From positions 1 to 39,288 of the forward strand of contig BTVJ01000067.1 of NCBI GenBank assembly GCA_045863395.1: DNA of 39,288 bases, read 5' to 3'. Below, in pieces: positions 35,915 through 39,288 of the stretch. Below the pieces are notes generated by a model. The model ran no database searches, had not been told where the DNA came from, and worked only from the letters and a program-made list of their open reading frames with translations. Source of the DNA: Myxococcales bacterium (GTDB taxonomy: Bacteria > Myxococcota_A > UBA9042 > JABWCM01 > BTVJ01). A program made the position numbers and the translations under genes. Positions within the stretch are counted from its first letter, which is position 1; every line of letters starts with the position of its first letter.

Positions 35915-38053
35915 ATGAAGCGGATGTGGCGGACTCAGGTGGCGATGCTCTGCGCAGCCTCCCTCGTGGCGTGCGACCCCGGCGACGAGGCCCTCGAGGA
36001 GACCCTGGACGGCGAGGCGGAGCTCGTCCCGCCCGGCAAGAAGGACGACTTCCTCAGCCTGTCGGCGCAAGAGTACTACGTGGAGGGCCGCAGCGCCGTG
36101 GTCCTGGACGGCGCCGACGCCGCCAAGGACGACGCCGGCCGACTCCAGGCCGCCAAGCGGCTCATCCCCTACAAGCAGATCGCCATCGGCTGGTTCCTCA
36201 ACCAGTACGTGGGCCCCAAGGGCCCCGACGCGACCAACAAGGACTATGGCGGCCTGGAGAGCCTGACCAAGAACGGCTCCTTCGAAGACATGAGCATCGA
36301 GGAGAGCCCCAAGGGCACGTTCTCGTTCACGTTCCGCCACGAGGTGGGCGGCACCCTCGACCTGCTGTCGCGCCTGCCGGCGACGTCGGTCGGTGAGGGG
36401 CGCTACGCGTTCGATCTCGAGGTCGGCAAGCCGACCAACTCCCAGATGCAACAGCTCGAGACCAACAACGAGTGGTATCGGAAGTCCCCGTGGGGCACCT
36501 GGGACCCGTCGAAGGTGGACGCCTCGAAGAAGGAGACCCTCGCGCTGACCGTGTGGGCCCAGCCCCGGTCCGAGGACGCCTGGATCGACACCAACGCGTT
36601 GTTCGCCGACGGCCTCGTCACCATCGGCGTCCACTTCGGCTGGGACTACCACAGCGAGTACCACCTGAAGCACTCGAAGGACGTCTACACCTGGCTCGTC
36701 TCCCAGGGCTTCAAGAGCCCGGTCGCCAACTACGACGCCTACGGCCGCGCGAGCGGTCCCCTCAAGAAGACCATCAAGGCGGCGGGCAAGAGCGTGGCCG
36801 TCGAGGTGAGCCTGTACTGGGGCAAGCCGGGCACGGACACCGACCCTGACACGGACGCCGGCGGAGTGCAGCTCGAGGACGACATGCGGGAGAGCCTGGC
36901 CACGCGCGAGGTCGTCGTCTTCAGCGGCCACTCAGGGCCCTTCTACGGGTTCGCGCTCGCCAACTGGAAGAAGACCGACGAGGGGGACCTGGACGACTCG
37001 GAGATCCCGCTGCTGCCGATGCCGTCGACGTACCAGGTCGTGTTGGCCGAGGGCTGCGAGACCTACGCCCTGGGCGAGGCCTTCATGGCGAACCCGGCCA
37101 AGGCGGGCAACAAGAACGTCGACATCGTCACGACGACGAACTTCTCCAACGCCTCCACGGCGAGCACGGTGCGGGACTTCCTGCGCGCCATCTTCGACAC
37201 GGACTACCAGGGGAACCACAAGCCGTGGACGTACAAGGAGCTGCTCAAGAAGCTCGACGGCAACAGCACGTGGTTCAACACCATGTACGGGGTCCACGGC
37301 ATCGACGACAACCCGCACCTGCACCCCTACGCCAACGTGAAGAACCTCTGCGGGGGCTGCACCGTGGCATCCGACTGCGGCGGCGAGGGCAACCTCTGCA
37401 CCAAGCTGAACAGCTCCGAGCGCGTCTGCACGGCGCGCTGCACCACCAGCGACGGGTGCCCGAACGGCTACACCTGCATGGACGTGGCATCGGGCGGCGT
37501 GATCACCACGCGCCAGTGCGTTCCCGCGGCGCTGACCTGCACCAAGCCGGCGCCTGCGGTGCCCGTCGTGATCCTGAACGAGGTCCTCGCCGACCCGCCG
37601 GACGGCACCAAGGGCGACGCCAACAAGGACGGCAAGCGCAGCGCCGACCAGGACGAGTTCGTCGAGATCGTCAACACGAGCACGTTTGGCGCGGATCTGA
37701 GCGGCTGGACCCTGTCCGACAGCCAGGCGGTTCGCTTCACGTTCCCGGACGGCACCTGGCTCCGTGCCGGGGGCGCAGTCGTCGTGTTCGGCGGCGGCAA
37801 GACCAACAAGCTCGCCGCCAAGGGCGACCCGCAGCTCTTCGTGTCCAAGGGCCTCGGCCTCAACAACGGCGGCGACCAGGTGCGCCTCGTCGCGGCGGAC
37901 GGCTCCACCATCGACCAGGTCACGTTCGGCAAGGAGGGCGGCAAGGACCGGAGCCTCGTCCGCTCGACGGACGGCGACCCCAAGGCGCCCTACATCCAGC
38001 ACAAGGGCAGCGCCTACTCCCCGGGAACGAGATCGGACGGGACGGCGTTCTGA
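35915..38053 (+). CDS. Lipoprotein with Cys-rich module and C-terminal lamin-tail domain
   Basis: GGAGGT RBS; lipobox LVAC; GKKDD motif; lamin-tail motifs ILNEVLADP, DEFVEIVN, DLSGWTL, FTFP, LNNGGD. Confidence 0.85.
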   Translation: MKRMWRTQVAMLCAASLVACDPGDEALEETLDGEAELVPPGKKDDFLSLSAQEYYVEGRSAVVLDGADAAKDDAGRLQAAKRLIPYKQIAIGWFLNQYVGPKGPDATNKDYGGLESLTKNGSFEDMSIEESPKGTFSFTFRHEVGGTLDLLSRLPATSVGEGRYAFDLEVGKPTNSQMQQLETNNEWYRKSPWGTWDPSKVDASKKETLALTVWAQPRSEDAWIDTNALFADGLVTIGVHFGWDYHSEYHLKHSKDVYTWLVSQGFKSPVANYDAYGRASGPLKKTIKAAGKSVAVEVSLYWGKPGTDTDPDTDAGGVQLEDDMRESLATREVVVFSGHSGPFYGFALANWKKTDEGDLDDSEIPLLPMPSTYQVVLAEGCETYALGEAFMANPAKAGNKNVDIVTTTNFSNASTASTVRDFLRAIFDTDYQGNHKPWTYKELLKKLDGNSTWFNTMYGVHGIDDNPHLHPYANVKNLCGGCTVASDCGGEGNLCTKLNSSERVCTARCTTSDGCPNGYTCMDVASGGVITTRQCVPAALTCTKPAPAVPVVILNEVLADPPDGTKGDANKDGKRSADQDEFVEIVNTSTFGADLSGWTLSDSQAVRFTFPDGTWLRAGGAVVVFGGGKTNKLAAKGDPQLFVSKGLGLNNGGDQVRLVAADGSTIDQVTFGKEGGKDRSLVRSTDGDPKAPYIQHKGSAYSPGTRSDGTAF

Positions 38054-38093
38054 CAGCCACGCGTACATCCACCTTTCCATCAGAGGAGCTCCC

Positions 38094-38600
38094 ATGAAGA
38101 CGTTGATTGCCTCACTTGCCATCAGCCTGGCCGCCCTGGTCGGCTGCGCATCCACCGGAACCACGGGGTCGGCCGGCTCGGCAGGCGCCGCCGCCGAGCC
38201 CTGCTGCGACAAGGCCGACTGCAAGGGGTGCGCGGAGCAGGGCAAGCCGTGCTGCGACAAGCCCGAGTGCCAGGACAAGCAGGCCAAGGGCGACTGCAAG
38301 GGCGCCTGCGACAAGGCCGCCAAGGGCGAGTGCGACAAGCAGGCCAAGGCCGACAAGGCCGCCGGCTGCACGGGCGACTGCGACAAGGGCGACTGCGAAT
38401 GCAAGAAGGGCGCAGTGGCGGCGAGCGGGGCGCTGCCTGCGGACCTGGTCGGCACCGAGGCCACCTGCGCCGTGAGCGGCAAGGCCTTCGCCGTCGAGGC
38501 GGACTCCACGTTCAGCCAGCACGACGGCAAGACCTACGTGTTCTGCTGCCCCGGGTGCAAGAAGAAGTTCGACGCCGACCCCGCCGCCTTCGCAAAGTAG
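38094..38600 (+). CDS. Lipoprotein: Cys/Lys-rich metallothionein-like region plus YHS domain
   Basis: GAGGAG RBS; lipobox LVGC; 14 Cys in about 72 aa; CAVSG...YVFCCPGCKKKFDADP (YHS). Confidence 0.85.
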   Translation: MKTLIASLAISLAALVGCASTGTTGSAGSAGAAAEPCCDKADCKGCAEQGKPCCDKPECQDKQAKGDCKGACDKAAKGECDKQAKADKAAGCTGDCDKGDCECKKGAVAASGALPADLVGTEATCAVSGKAFAVEADSTFSQHDGKTYVFCCPGCKKKFDADPAAFAK

Positions 38601-38606
38601 CTCACC

Positions 38607-39110
38607 GTGTGGCCGCCCATCACGGTGCGCGGCGCCACGGAGGCCGACGTCGGGGCCATCCACGCCCTGCTCAACCACTACATCTCCACCTCCACCTGCA
38701 TCTTCCGTGAGGACCCCCAGAGCCTCGACGAGTGCCGCAGCTACGTGACCGAGCGGGCTCCCGCGCACCCGCTGCTCGTCGCGGAGGAGGCCGGCGTGAT
38801 CGTGGGCTTCGGGGCGCTGAGCGCGTTCCGCTCCAAGAGCGGCTATCGGCGCACCGTGGAGGACTCGGTCTACGTGGCGCCGGACCACCACCGGAGGGGG
38901 ATAGGCACGACCCTCCTGTCAGCGCTCGTCGCACGCGCGCAGGAGCTGCAGCACCACCAGATGGTCGCCGTCATCGAGGCCAACCAGCCCGTGAGCGTCG
39001 CGCTGCACGCACGGCACGGCTTCGTGGAGGCCGGGCGCCTGCGCGAGGTGGGCCACAAGTTCGGCCACTGGCTGGACGCCATCATCATGCAGCGGCGCGT
39101 CACCGACTGA
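38607..39110 (+). CDS. GNAT N-acetyltransferase (YncA/Pat phosphinothricin acetyltransferase family)
   Basis: GYRRTVEDSVYV, RRGIGTTLL, NQPVSVALH, GFVEAG, VGHKFGHWLD. Confidence 0.92.
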   Translation: MWPPITVRGATEADVGAIHALLNHYISTSTCIFREDPQSLDECRSYVTERAPAHPLLVAEEAGVIVGFGALSAFRSKSGYRRTVEDSVYVAPDHHRRGIGTTLLSALVARAQELQHHQMVAVIEANQPVSVALHARHGFVEAGRLREVGHKFGHWLDAIIMQRRVTD

Positions 39111-39288
39111 CATCCCCAATGGGAAGGAGCAGGTCCGTCAGGAAGACTCGACACCCTGGCTGAACCCTCGGACAGCCTGGACCAGCTCCATCTCGAAGGT
39201 CGCAAACGCGGCGAGCTCTCGCAGCGGCGAAAAGTGTGAACGCGCACTGAGAACCGCGGAGATCGGTGCACGCCGTCAGGGTTTGGGG

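Noticed and set aside
39111..39288. Possible gene end on the minus strand at the window edge
   Set aside because: No frame gives a recognisable protein, and there is too little context.

Overview
Very GC-rich bacterial DNA, most likely Myxococcota-like (three MYXO-CTERM-type tails, a Hanks kinase, a sigma-54 activator, many Cys-rich lipoproteins). It holds about 27 protein-coding genes, and I see no tRNA, rRNA, CRISPR array or transposase. Metabolic and housekeeping genes: fused 2-oxoacid dehydrogenase E1 + atypical FabD-like acyltransferase + TauE operon, RluA-family synthase, Fe/Mn SOD, Cys-based phosphatase, GNAT. Signals the ORF track misses: (1) a four-gene, apparently translationally coupled operon of secreted/surface proteins (25311->17972), whose first gene is split from its RBS and signal peptide by an out-of-frame G11 tract (candidate phase-variation switch or sequencing error); (2) a B12-binding radical SAM gene that appears to start at ATT; (3) a PD-(D/E)xK protein with an internal RBS+ATG before 27-bp repeats (Rpn-like intragenic antitoxin layout); (4) two consensus sigma-54 promoters, one driving an MBL hydrolase + GAF sigma-54 activator operon; (5) a lytic transglycosylase with a polycationic KGKATA tail; (6) an AAA-nuclease + MNT-HEPN islet; (7) several apparently leaderless genes. 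All product calls come from motif recognition by eye; no database searches were run.
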